A stretch of DNA of 32,000 nucleotides from Halomicronema hongdechloris C2206 (GCF_002075285.3 NZ_CP021983.2:90001-122000); one strand, 5' to 3'; positions 23,208 through 31,513 are shown, counted from the stretch's first letter. Notes: generated by a model not told the origin, from the sequence alone. Translations and numbers: made by a program.

Positions 23208-24066
23208 TGGCAGGGGCTGCCACCCTGTTCTGGTCAGCAAGAGATGCCGAGGAAGAGCAGTATACCTCCACCGAGTTATTGGGACTCTCTATCAGCTTTA
23301 CCTTATGAAGTCTGGCACCAGTTGCCTGAATGGGCTGGCGCAGACGATCCCGAATATGCACAGCAATGTTCTCAGCCGTAGGCACAACCTCGGCAAAATA
23401 GGGGACATCTTTATTGAGAAACGTGTGATCGAAGGGCTCAACCACATGGGTATCAATGGCAACCTGTAACTCTCCCAGGTCAGCAATCATACCCGTGCGG
23501 GAATCAATTTCCCCGCACACCGTGACCTCCAGATGATAGTTGTGGCCATGGCCGTGGGGACGGGCGCACTTACCATAGATGGCGCAGTTTTCTTCATAGC
23601 TCAGCTGTGGCAGTGCTAACCGATGGGCGGCACTGAAGTGAGTACTAATGGTGAGATAGGCTTCCATGGAATCTCCTGTATAGTCAGCCCAAAGTTCTGG
23701 ATGTTCGTACAGGCGAATATTTACCAATGGCAGGTACGATACCAGGCGGTGCCAGAGGACATAGGCCATATATTCGGTAGTGGGCAGCGTCTGCTGAAAC
23801 TCCGGCCATACATCGTTGAGATAGGCAAAATCAAGCTGGCTAGTCACCTCTCGCTTGATTACCGTCTTGACATCAGACAGGTTGAGCACCATGCCATACT
23901 CATCCAACTGCCCTGCCATAGAAACATACAGCACATAATTGTGACCATGGCCCGGTGCCTTGGTACAGAGCCCAAACTGGTCAGCATTGTCAGCCGCGCT
24001 TAATTCAGGCAGCCAATATCGATGGCTAGCGGAAAATTGAGCCCGGCGATGGATGATACAGGTCAT
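23197..24066 (-). CDS. tandem-domain 6-pyruvoyl-tetrahydropterin synthase / QueD-family protein
   Basis: There are two complete PTPS modules: FSASHRYW...CTKAPGHGHNY...LDFAYLND and FSAAHRLA...KCARPHGHGHNY...FDHTFLNKD...PTAENIA. I chose the ATG at 24064-24066 (MTCIIHRR). Upstream alternatives are the ATG at 24174 and the TTG at 24180. Confidence 0.8.
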   Translation of the reverse strand: MTCIIHRRAQFSASHRYWLPELSAADNADQFGLCTKAPGHGHNYVLYVSMAGQLDEYGMVLNLSDVKTVIKREVTSQLDFAYLNDVWPEFQQTLPTTEYMAYVLWHRLVSYLPLVNIRLYEHPELWADYTGDSMEAYLTISTHFSAAHRLALPQLSYEENCAIYGKCARPHGHGHNYHLEVTVCGEIDSRTGMIADLGELQVAIDTHVVEPFDHTFLNKDVPYFAEVVPTAENIAVHIRDRLRQPIQATGARLHKVKLIESPNNSVEVYCSSSASLADQNRVAAPAMAT

Positions 24067-24345
24067 GGGAATACTATGAACAAGTTCTACGTTGCATGAA
24101 TCTGTGTTAACTGCTCCCACTCCAGGATAACGGAAAGTTTTAGAGGCTGACTCCCCTAACAGAGGCGCTTTCATCCCCAATTAGAAGGCGCCCTAAAGTA
24201 AGGCTAATTTTGGGTAAGGCCAGAATTAATTTTTGATACAGATTTCTCTGAGGTTAGTGCAGTGAGTCCTGCCAAATACTCTCATACTGGAAGTTTCAGC
24301 TATTTTAAAGTTAATCTCATGAGTTGCTGACAAAGGAGCAAAACA

Positions 24346-24359
24346 GTAAAATAAGATAC
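24346..24359. promoter_or_regulatory. NtcA-type box GTA-N8-TAC
   Basis: GTAaaataagaTAC is a perfect match to the NtcA consensus. It lies in the AT-rich divergent promoter region, 13 nt upstream of the riboswitch P1. Confidence 0.5.
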
Positions 24360-24371
24360 AGAATAGTAAAT

Positions 24372-24458
24372 CGTTCATCCTACCTAAGGTCGCATGTCAA
24401 GGTCGCATGTCGATGCTAAGGGGGACGGAAGTAGGGACTACTCCCGAAGGAACGCGCC
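24372..24458 (+). promoter_or_regulatory. glutamine riboswitch (glnA RNA motif)
   Basis: aaatCGTTCATCC ... GGGGGACGGAAGTAGGGactactCCCGAAGGAACGcgcc. P1 pairs CGTTC (24372-24376) with GAACG (24450-24454). The conserved ACGGAAGUAGG and GAAGGAACGC blocks are present. The P3 hairpin is GGGA-cuac-UCCC. It sits in the 5' leader of a DUF4278 gene, the usual cyanobacterial context. Confidence 0.75.
24386..24411. repeat. perfect 13-nt tandem duplication (aaggtcgcatgtc x2) inside the riboswitch P2 region
   Basis: Direct reading: 24386-24398 is identical to 24399-24411. Confidence 0.95.
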
Positions 24459-24506
24459 TCAAATCGAAGATTTCCTAGCAATTGCTTAGATGACAGGAGG
24501 CGATAA

Positions 24507-24935
24507 ATGAAACTTTGCTATCGCGGCGTTGAATACGATTACAATCCCCCCATGCTAGAGGTTACCGATGAAGAGCTGCAGGGATGTTATCGTGGCCGTT
24601 CGCTACGATTTTCCTATGTACGTCATATTCCCATCCCCCAACCAGTAGCGGAGATGACCTACCGCGGCATTCCATATCGCACCAATTCCAATGGTCAAGT
24701 AGAGCCTGCTGCCACTAAGCCCAAGTCATCCCTAACACTGAACCTAACTAGCCCAATGGCCAATCCAATGGCAAAGGCTCGTCGCCAGTTACTGCGCGAA
24801 GCGGCTAGTGCTCACCGTGATAACATTCAGCGCAGCCTTCAGCACCGCCTGGAGGTTGCTCGAGCCCAAGGTAATCAGGCCCTGATTCAGCAGTTAGAGG
24901 ATGAAATGCATCAGCTGACTGAAGTGGTGTCGTAA
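24507..24935 (+). CDS. DUF4278 protein; candidate glutamine synthetase inactivating factor IF17 (gifB-like)
   Basis: MKLCYRGVEYDYNPP ... YRGRSLRF ... TYRGIPYR is the DUF4278 N-terminal pattern. The C-terminal helix is Arg-rich (ARRQLLREAASAHRDNIQRSLQHRLEVARAQG). AGGAGG lies 6 nt upstream. The gene is preceded by a glutamine riboswitch and an NtcA box. Confidence 0.7.
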   Translation: MKLCYRGVEYDYNPPMLEVTDEELQGCYRGRSLRFSYVRHIPIPQPVAEMTYRGIPYRTNSNGQVEPAATKPKSSLTLNLTSPMANPMAKARRQLLREAASAHRDNIQRSLQHRLEVARAQGNQALIQQLEDEMHQLTEVVS

Positions 24936-25050
24936 CATAGTCTGGCCTCATACATCTAGGCTTAGGCTAAAGAGTCGGTGAATGTACGCTAGGACAAAAT
25001 TCAAGGCTGGTAAGCATAAGTTGAGAGTTGTGCTGTAGCTGGAGCAGTCG

Positions 25051-25079
25051 GGGTATGCGTTAACGCATACCCTTTTTTT
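25051..25079 (+). terminator. rho-independent terminator of the DUF4278 gene
   Basis: GGGTATGCGT/TAACGCATACCC forms a perfect 22-nt palindromic hairpin (25051-25072), followed by TTTTTTT (25073-25079). Confidence 0.85.
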
Positions 25080-25145
25080 ATGGCCATTCCTAGCTTGCTC
25101 CCTGCCCCCTAAGACCATGGGCGCACCCAGCCCAGAGTAGTAGCA

Positions 25146-26285
25146 TTAAGGGGCTTGCAGCTGAGGTTGTAGGGGTAAGTCGGTGCTGATAAATCGGAGA
25201 TCGTGAGCGACGCTAGGGTGGTCCAGGCTAGGGTGAGTCCCCCAACAGAGATGATGACTGCCCACAGGTAGCGGTTGAGGCGTTTTAGCACCTGGACTTA
25301 GCCAGATGACCGGTTGGTTTGGCAATTTATACGTCTGCCCTACCCTTTGAGGATAAATAGCGGCTAAGGCTGATAATACAGTGATTTGGGTGGATAGACG
25401 GCCAGTGGTTGCTGTCCACAGATGGGCTGAAAATCCCTGTCTATCAGCATAGATGTAGAGAGAAGCAGCAGCGATGACGGCTTGCTCAAACCCATCGGCC
25501 TGCCAAGGGCTGGTGATATCTAGAGCAATGATGATGGTATGGCCAGCCGTAAATTGCTCTAGTTCCCGCACCCGCAGCTCTCCATAACGGGCACTGGTGC
25601 GCCAGTGGATCAACCGAGTCGGATCCCCCCAACGGTAGGGACGTAGAGAGCGGGTAAGGCCCTCACTGGTGAGGTAAGACGTGTAGTCAGAGGTCCACTG
25701 TTGTCCGATAGCTTCTCCACCTCGATCTAGCAGGGGACAGTGGGTCAGTGGCAGGATCTGCGGGTAGACCGTCGCCACCGCTGGAACCTGTCGATAACGG
25801 CGGCACCAGAAAAGTCCTAGGGGAGCTGCGGTGCGTAGGCGAACTCGAGACCAGCGATACAGTCCTCGTCGCCGGGTAGGAATCTCATAGCGCCATTGGT
25901 AATGGGTGCCGGGAGCAACAGCAATCGTGGTGATTTCATCAGCGGTTGCTAGGCTCGCTGGTAGCTCATCGCAAATTTGCAGGGGGGCCTTGGACTGGGA
26001 AGCCGTATTCTCGAGGCGTAGCGTTACTTGCAGCGGCTCTCCCGCACTCACGGGACGGATAGACAAGCGGGATACCTGCAACCCTCGCAGACTACGGGGA
26101 GGCAAAATGCCTGCAATACTCAGCAAAGCCAGCAGCCCACCACTGATGACGTAGAGCCAGCCGGCCATGGTATTGGTTGCAGCTGCGAAGAAAAATAGAG
26201 CCAGCCCGACCAGAACCCAACCCCCGTAAGCAGGCGCTAGCCAGCGGCTCTCTAACCAGGTGACGACGGTAGTCAAGGTAGACAT
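25146..26285 (-). CDS. DUF58 (vWA-like, MoxR-associated family) membrane protein
   Basis: Two N-terminal TM helices are followed by RSLRPYRWGDPTRLIHWRTSARYGELRVRELEQ, the DUF58 core motif. I chose the ATG at 26283-26285 (MSTLTTVV); the ORF track extends to 26360. Confidence 0.8.
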   Translation of the reverse strand: MSTLTTVVTWLESRWLAPAYGGWVLVGLALFFFAAATNTMAGWLYVISGGLLALLSIAGILPPRSLRGLQVSRLSIRPVSAGEPLQVTLRLENTASQSKAPLQICDELPASLATADEITTIAVAPGTHYQWRYEIPTRRRGLYRWSRVRLRTAAPLGLFWCRRYRQVPAVATVYPQILPLTHCPLLDRGGEAIGQQWTSDYTSYLTSEGLTRSLRPYRWGDPTRLIHWRTSARYGELRVRELEQFTAGHTIIIALDITSPWQADGFEQAVIAAASLYIYADRQGFSAHLWTATTGRLSTQITVLSALAAIYPQRVGQTYKLPNQPVIWLSPGAKTPQPLPVGSHHLCWGTHPSLDHPSVAHDLRFISTDLPLQPQLQAP

Positions 26286-26627
26286 GGAAATAGGGCTGTG
26301 GAGGATGGCTGAGATAGGAATATCATTGCCAGGTAACTGAGGCCAAGGGGGATTTGTCAATGCCCCAACTGTCTCGGCAACGGGGTTCGGATTCCTGTAC
26401 CAGGCCCCTTGGCATAGGTCCCCTTCTCTTAGCTATGATAGATGCCAGTTCTACTGCGGCGTTGGTGACTGCCAACACTGTTTTACGATCTATGTTTGTT
26501 CGATAAGGGAACTGAGATGCTGCGGTGGCAGTAAACCGGGCTTGTACCCGGAAACTTAAAGCCGTAGCCACGGTGCCCACCTGGTTTTACCAGGTCGAAA
26601 ACTGAGGTAAGACGGCGTCGCGGTGAA

Positions 26628-29327
26628 CTAATTCAAGCTTTCCCCATGGCTAAGCTGATGAGAGGGGTGATGGCCGTTCTGGGGTGCTGAGAGATCACGA
26701 CTGGGGGGATTTTTTTGCCACAGAGGAATCTCTACGACGAATTGGCTACCCCGCCCCGGTTTAGAGCGGCAGCGCAGTCGGCCATGGTGTTGATTGACGA
26801 CGATCTGGTAAGTAATTGACATGCCTAAGCCAGTCCCTTTTCCCACGGGCTTGGTGGTGAAAAACGGATCGAGGATGCGCTGTTGAGTCTCTTCTGAAAT
26901 GCCGATGCCATTGTCAGAAATGGTAATTTCTACTCTGTTTGCATCTGGCAGTGCGGTTGCGATCGCAATGGTTGGTATCCACCGCGGCGACGGCTGGGCC
27001 TGCCATTTTTCCTCTAAGGCATCTATGGCATTGCTCAGTAGATTCATGAATACCTGATTTAGCTGGCTGACATAGCACTCTATGGCAGGTAAGGGCTCGT
27101 AGTGCCTTCGCACCAAGATGGCCGGGCGTTCTCCGTGGGCTTTGAGGCGACTGCCCAGAATCGTCAGAGTACTTTCAATGCTGTCGCGAATGTCGACCAA
27201 CTTCAGCTCGGTGCCACCCTGCCGCGAGAAGGTCCGCAGCGACTGGACGATATCGCGAATGCGCTCGGTGCCACCACGCACCGATTTCAGTAACTTGGGT
27301 AAATCTTCCAGGAGATACTCTAGCTCAATCTTCTGTTCAAGGTGCTGTACGGCTGGCGGGGCAGGGTCAATACTGTGCTGATAACTCTGCAGCAGCGTCA
27401 ACAGGTCATCAACATAGTGTTCAGCATGGATGAGATTGCCATAGATATAGTTGACCGGATTATTGATTTCATGGGCTAGACCCGACACTAACTGGCCTAA
27501 ACTCGACATTTTCTCGCTTTGCACCAGCTGTATCTGAGCGGTCTGTAGGTCTTGTAAGGCTTGCTCAAGCTGACGGGTTTTGCGGTCTTTTTCGGCCGCT
27601 TCTTGGATAGCTTCTTCGGCTTGTTTGCGGAGAGTAATATCTCGCAGGATCACCGTGTAGAGCGTCTCGTGGCGAGTTTGCATGGTGGCCACGGTGACCT
27701 CAACCGGAAATGAACTACCGCTGCGGCGACGACCGACGACTTCGTAGGGGTTGCCATCGGCACTGGCGGCAGCCAAAAACCGCGCCATTGTCTCTTGGCA
27801 GTCGGGGGCGGTCTCCTCTATGGACAGCAGCAAGGTCAGAGGTTGACCGCAGAGTTGTGCCTCTGCAATGCCAAATAGCTTCCGCACGGAAGGGTTGGCC
27901 GTTTGGACGGTGAGAGAATGGGGCGATACGGTCAAGATGGCCTCGATGGCCGATTGTACGATGGCCTCGGTATGGGCGACGGCTTCCTCCAGGGCAGCCA
28001 TGACGCGGTTATAGCGGGCGGCGATTTGGCCCACCGGAGTAAAGGGTTCTGCCGGGCTACGCAGGCTCAGATCGCCACTGCGTTCTTGGCGGCGCATGAC
28101 AGCGATCAGATCGACTAGGTCGCTGGTGGCTCCATGCTCAGCTACGTTGAGGCCGATATGCTCTTGCCGACGCCCCACCCGCAGAGGATACCAGCGATTC
28201 AGGGCCGTCAGTAATGGATAGGTGAGGCCAAAGGCCCAAAGGGCGGCGATGACGATGCCTAGGCATTGAATTTGCAGCTGCTCCAACCGAGTTAACCCGG
28301 TATTGAGCAGGGTCAGGTCGCCAAATAAAGCAACCGCTAGGGTGCCCCAAATACCGGCACTGAGATGGACTGGAATGGCGCCTACGACATCGTCGATGTG
28401 CCATCGCTGCAGTAGGCGTTCGGTGGCTAACATGAGGCCGCTGCCAAGGCTACCGATGAGTATGGCGTCGAAGGCGGTGACGGCATGACAGTTGGCGGTA
28501 ATGGCCACCAGGCCAGCCAGGGAACCATTCATCACCGCGGTGACGGCTATGCGTTGTCCCTGAAGTAATCCCAAGAGAATCGGGGTGACTAAGCCGGCGG
28601 CTGCGGCCAGGAGAGTATTGGCAATAATGCCCGGTACGGTGTCATCTAAGGCGAGGACACTGCCACCGTTGAAGCCAAACCAGCCCAGCCACAGTAGTAG
28701 AGTGCCTAGGGACGCCAGGGGTAAATCGTAGCCAAACAGTTGACGGTTGCCTCGCTTGCAGGAAAAACGACCGATGCGCGGCCCCAAAATCAGGACTGAG
28801 GCTAAGGCAACCCAGCCGCCGATACTGTGAACCACGGTGGAGCCGGCAAAATCAATGAAGCCTAAGTGTCCTAACCAGCCGGTAGTCGCGTTGCGCTCTA
28901 AACCTCCCCAGGCCCAATGGCCAAAGACGGGATATACAATCCCGGAAATCAAGATGGCGATGAGAACATAGCTGCTGAAGCGCATGCGTTCTGCTACGGC
29001 ACCGGAGACAATGGTGACGGCGGTGCTGCAGAACATGGCTTGAAACAGGAAGAAAACGCCCATCCAAACCTGGCCCTGGCCCACATCGGGAGCCCAGTGA
29101 CTGGTGCCGATCCAGCCGTCGTAGGAGCTGCCAAACATGAGGCCATAGCCAAAGCCCCAAAAACACAGCACCGATAATCCCAGATCGGCAATATTCTTGA
29201 TGACGACGTTGATATTGTGTTTGCTGCGGGTGGATCCGGCCTCTAGGCAGAGGAAACCAGCCTGCATCAGAAATACCAGGCTGGCGCAGACAATGACCCA
29301 GAGGATATCGATGAGGTCTTTAGTCAC
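26628..29327 (-). CDS. ammonium transporter (Amt) domain fused to PAS and histidine kinase (HisKA + HATPase_c)
   Basis: aa 1-400 are Amt: LMQAGFLCLEAG, FIDFAGSTVVHSIGG (D159, H167), GPRIGRF, FGFNGGS, AIPVHLSAGIWG (H321). aa ~455-565 are PAS-like. LAHEINNPVNY carries the candidate phospho-His619. DNGIGI and GKGTGLGMSI are the G1/G2 boxes. The start codon is GTG. Confidence 0.9.
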   Translation of the reverse strand: MTKDLIDILWVIVCASLVFLMQAGFLCLEAGSTRSKHNINVVIKNIADLGLSVLCFWGFGYGLMFGSSYDGWIGTSHWAPDVGQGQVWMGVFFLFQAMFCSTAVTIVSGAVAERMRFSSYVLIAILISGIVYPVFGHWAWGGLERNATTGWLGHLGFIDFAGSTVVHSIGGWVALASVLILGPRIGRFSCKRGNRQLFGYDLPLASLGTLLLWLGWFGFNGGSVLALDDTVPGIIANTLLAAAAGLVTPILLGLLQGQRIAVTAVMNGSLAGLVAITANCHAVTAFDAILIGSLGSGLMLATERLLQRWHIDDVVGAIPVHLSAGIWGTLAVALFGDLTLLNTGLTRLEQLQIQCLGIVIAALWAFGLTYPLLTALNRWYPLRVGRRQEHIGLNVAEHGATSDLVDLIAVMRRQERSGDLSLRSPAEPFTPVGQIAARYNRVMAALEEAVAHTEAIVQSAIEAILTVSPHSLTVQTANPSVRKLFGIAEAQLCGQPLTLLLSIEETAPDCQETMARFLAAASADGNPYEVVGRRRSGSSFPVEVTVATMQTRHETLYTVILRDITLRKQAEEAIQEAAEKDRKTRQLEQALQDLQTAQIQLVQSEKMSSLGQLVSGLAHEINNPVNYIYGNLIHAEHYVDDLLTLLQSYQHSIDPAPPAVQHLEQKIELEYLLEDLPKLLKSVRGGTERIRDIVQSLRTFSRQGGTELKLVDIRDSIESTLTILGSRLKAHGERPAILVRRHYEPLPAIECYVSQLNQVFMNLLSNAIDALEEKWQAQPSPRWIPTIAIATALPDANRVEITISDNGIGISEETQQRILDPFFTTKPVGKGTGLGMSITYQIVVNQHHGRLRCRSKPGRGSQFVVEIPLWQKNPPSRDLSAPQNGHHPSHQLSHGESLN

Positions 29328-29443
29328 AGGGAACGGGATATATGCTGTAGCAAGCGCTAGCTAGCCATCTAGACAAAATGGCTCTGCCAGCACTTTACAG
29401 GAGGTCACCGGGGAAATCCGACAAGTTTATGCAAACTCTTCCC

Positions 29444-31513
29444 TTAGCGTCGGGCGGTATTGCCGTAGTTCAACAGTCGTTCGATGGTAGTGAGGCGATG
29501 ACGCCAGGTTTGCAGTCGATAGTCGTTGCTGACGGTACGCAGGGCCATGGTATGGCCTAGGGTGGCGCGCAGGCTGATGAGTTGCGATCGCACCTGGTTG
29601 AGTCGGCGAGGGGACGGCTGCTGGGCCAGGGCTGCTAAATCTTGCTCCAATTGATGAACACCCGCGATCCAATCGGCCTCACTTGCGGGGGCTAACCAGA
29701 GGTGACCCTGGTTAGATAACCAGCTCCACTCTCCCTTGAGGATGCGGTATCGTTCTAAAGCCGCTTGATAAGGCTGTTGTTGCGGTGGCGAGGTCGCCGT
29801 TTGGGTTTGGCTCAAGAGCCTGTGCACGGGTCCCGTCATCAGGTTCTCGGCGGCAAACAAGGCATAGCCGGCGGCCGGCAGATCTCGCAGGGCCTGAATC
29901 TGATCGAAGGCAGCGGCTTCAGACAGGGCCAGCAGCCGAATCCCTGGAATCACTAGAGTCGACTCATAGTCATGGTGCAGCAACCAGGGCGTCACCAAGC
30001 TTTCTAGGCGGTTAGCGTCTTCGGCATAACTCATGAGCACGATCCAATCGACCCACCCCTGCTCGGCCCAATGCTCCCAGTCCTGCTGGATCTTAAGCAG
30101 ACGTTCTCGTTCTGGCTTGGCGAAGGTCGCCGCCGATAGTAGCAGCTCTGGCCGTTGTCGCTGCACCAGTCGGGAGACTTCAGCCACAAAAGAACTCACC
30201 TGCTGAATCCGAAATTCAGTCCAGCGCTCCCACAGATAGAGCTGGCGCTGCCGTTCCGGTCCTGAGAGATCTGACTCTAAACGGGGGGATAGCTCTACCG
30301 GGTCGATGCCAGTCATAGCCTTAAATCGCTGCCTGGCTGCCTGGCCATAGCCAAAGGTGCGATCGGCGCTGGGGTCTTGAAACGGATAGCGAATATAGTC
30401 CAGCTGCAATCCATCGACCTCATACTGGGTGATGATTTCCGCAATCAACCGCAGCAGATAGTTGCGCACTTCCGGATTGGCAGGATCTAAAAATGGCTTA
30501 GTTTGTCCCCGAGGAATTAACTCACCTCGGTTATCCCGGCCAGCCCAATCAGGATGCAGGCTCAGCACCGGCCCTGGGTAGTCTGTCGGCAGATTGAGAA
30601 TCCGATTGTGAAGCTGGTTGCCAGCAGCAAAGGTCCAGATCCAGGCATGGAGTTCCATGTCGCGCTCATGGGCCAGCTCCACGGCCGCTGCTAAGGGATC
30701 CCAGTGGCGGCTCAGGGGGTTCTGGGTCGGAGCCACCCGGCTGGGATAAATGGGATACCCCGCGTTGACTGTCTCGAAGAATACGGTATTGAAGCCTGCC
30801 GCCGCCAAGCGATCGAACACGTTTGCCAGACGCTGGGGAGAGCCAGCTCGCACAATGGTGCCTCGATCCAACCAAACCGCTCGGATTTCGGGCTGGTTCA
30901 GGGGGCGATCCATGGGGAAGTTATTCCAGATGGCTTGGCGGGTTGCCAACCAGCGCTGTCGGGCGGCCTGGTATTCCTGGTGTTCGATCAGGGTGGACCA
31001 TTCCGCCAGCAGCTGACGGCCCTGGGCTAATGCCGGATGCAATAGCGGTGAGGTCAGATCGACTTTGCCGGCAGAGGCGGTCAATTGCTCAGTCCCGGGC
31101 GCCAAGGTCAGCTCTGACGCCTGACTCGAGGCCCGAGCCAGCAGTAAGGCACTCTCGAAGCGCCCCATGAGTTGCTCTAGCTCCTGACGCATGGCCAAGG
31201 CCAGGTAGGGGCTAATGGGTTGCTCCCCCGGTAGCACGGTGAGACCAGGTGGGGCAATGGCTTCGGCAGGATCGGCTATGGCCTGAGATACTCGCACACT
31301 CTGCCCGGAGGAATTGTCTACGGCAGTTGCTGCCGGGATATCTGTCACTGGGGCAGCGGGGGAGGACGGGGGGACGGAACTGGGCGACGGGGAGTCTTGC
31401 TCGGCTCGGATGGCCCCTGGCCATAGCAGTACTAGGGCGATACCCAGGCTGCTGGTGATCAGCTGTTTGACCGTGAGACCCCACTGGGGGGAGGTGATAT
31501 GAACCGTTGCCAT
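29444..31513 (-). CDS. secreted glycoside-hydrolase-like GHL10 (DUF187, YngK-like) protein
   Basis: IRAVWLDRG, FNTVFFETVNAGYPIYPS, ELHAWIWTF and EVDGLQLDYIRYPF are typical of the GHL10 TIM-barrel family. There is a signal-like N-terminus from the ATG at 31511-31513; the ORF-track TTG start is at 31525. Confidence 0.75.
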   Translation of the reverse strand: MATVHITSPQWGLTVKQLITSSLGIALVLLWPGAIRAEQDSPSPSSVPPSSPAAPVTDIPAATAVDNSSGQSVRVSQAIADPAEAIAPPGLTVLPGEQPISPYLALAMRQELEQLMGRFESALLLARASSQASELTLAPGTEQLTASAGKVDLTSPLLHPALAQGRQLLAEWSTLIEHQEYQAARQRWLATRQAIWNNFPMDRPLNQPEIRAVWLDRGTIVRAGSPQRLANVFDRLAAAGFNTVFFETVNAGYPIYPSRVAPTQNPLSRHWDPLAAAVELAHERDMELHAWIWTFAAGNQLHNRILNLPTDYPGPVLSLHPDWAGRDNRGELIPRGQTKPFLDPANPEVRNYLLRLIAEIITQYEVDGLQLDYIRYPFQDPSADRTFGYGQAARQRFKAMTGIDPVELSPRLESDLSGPERQRQLYLWERWTEFRIQQVSSFVAEVSRLVQRQRPELLLSAATFAKPERERLLKIQQDWEHWAEQGWVDWIVLMSYAEDANRLESLVTPWLLHHDYESTLVIPGIRLLALSEAAAFDQIQALRDLPAAGYALFAAENLMTGPVHRLLSQTQTATSPPQQQPYQAALERYRILKGEWSWLSNQGHLWLAPASEADWIAGVHQLEQDLAALAQQPSPRRLNQVRSQLISLRATLGHTMALRTVSNDYRLQTWRHRLTTIERLLNYGNTARR

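Noticed and set aside
26375-26400. GGGGTTCGGATTCC looks like a tRNA T-arm.
   Set aside because: The flanking bases do not pair into a T-stem, and no acceptor, D or anticodon arms can be drawn. I could not support a tRNA anywhere in the window.
26575-26615. GGTTTTACCAGGTCGAAAAC resembles the UUUACCAGGUC segment of bacterial SRP (4.5S) RNA.
   Set aside because: The conserved GGAA tetraloop and the AGCAGC/GGAAGC asymmetric-loop sequence that should follow are absent, and no long closing helix is evident.
29328-29443. Possible NtcA site upstream of the Amt-kinase gene (minus strand GTAaagtgctgGCA).
   Set aside because: The second half-site is GCA rather than TAC. A single imperfect match in 116 nt is not convincing.
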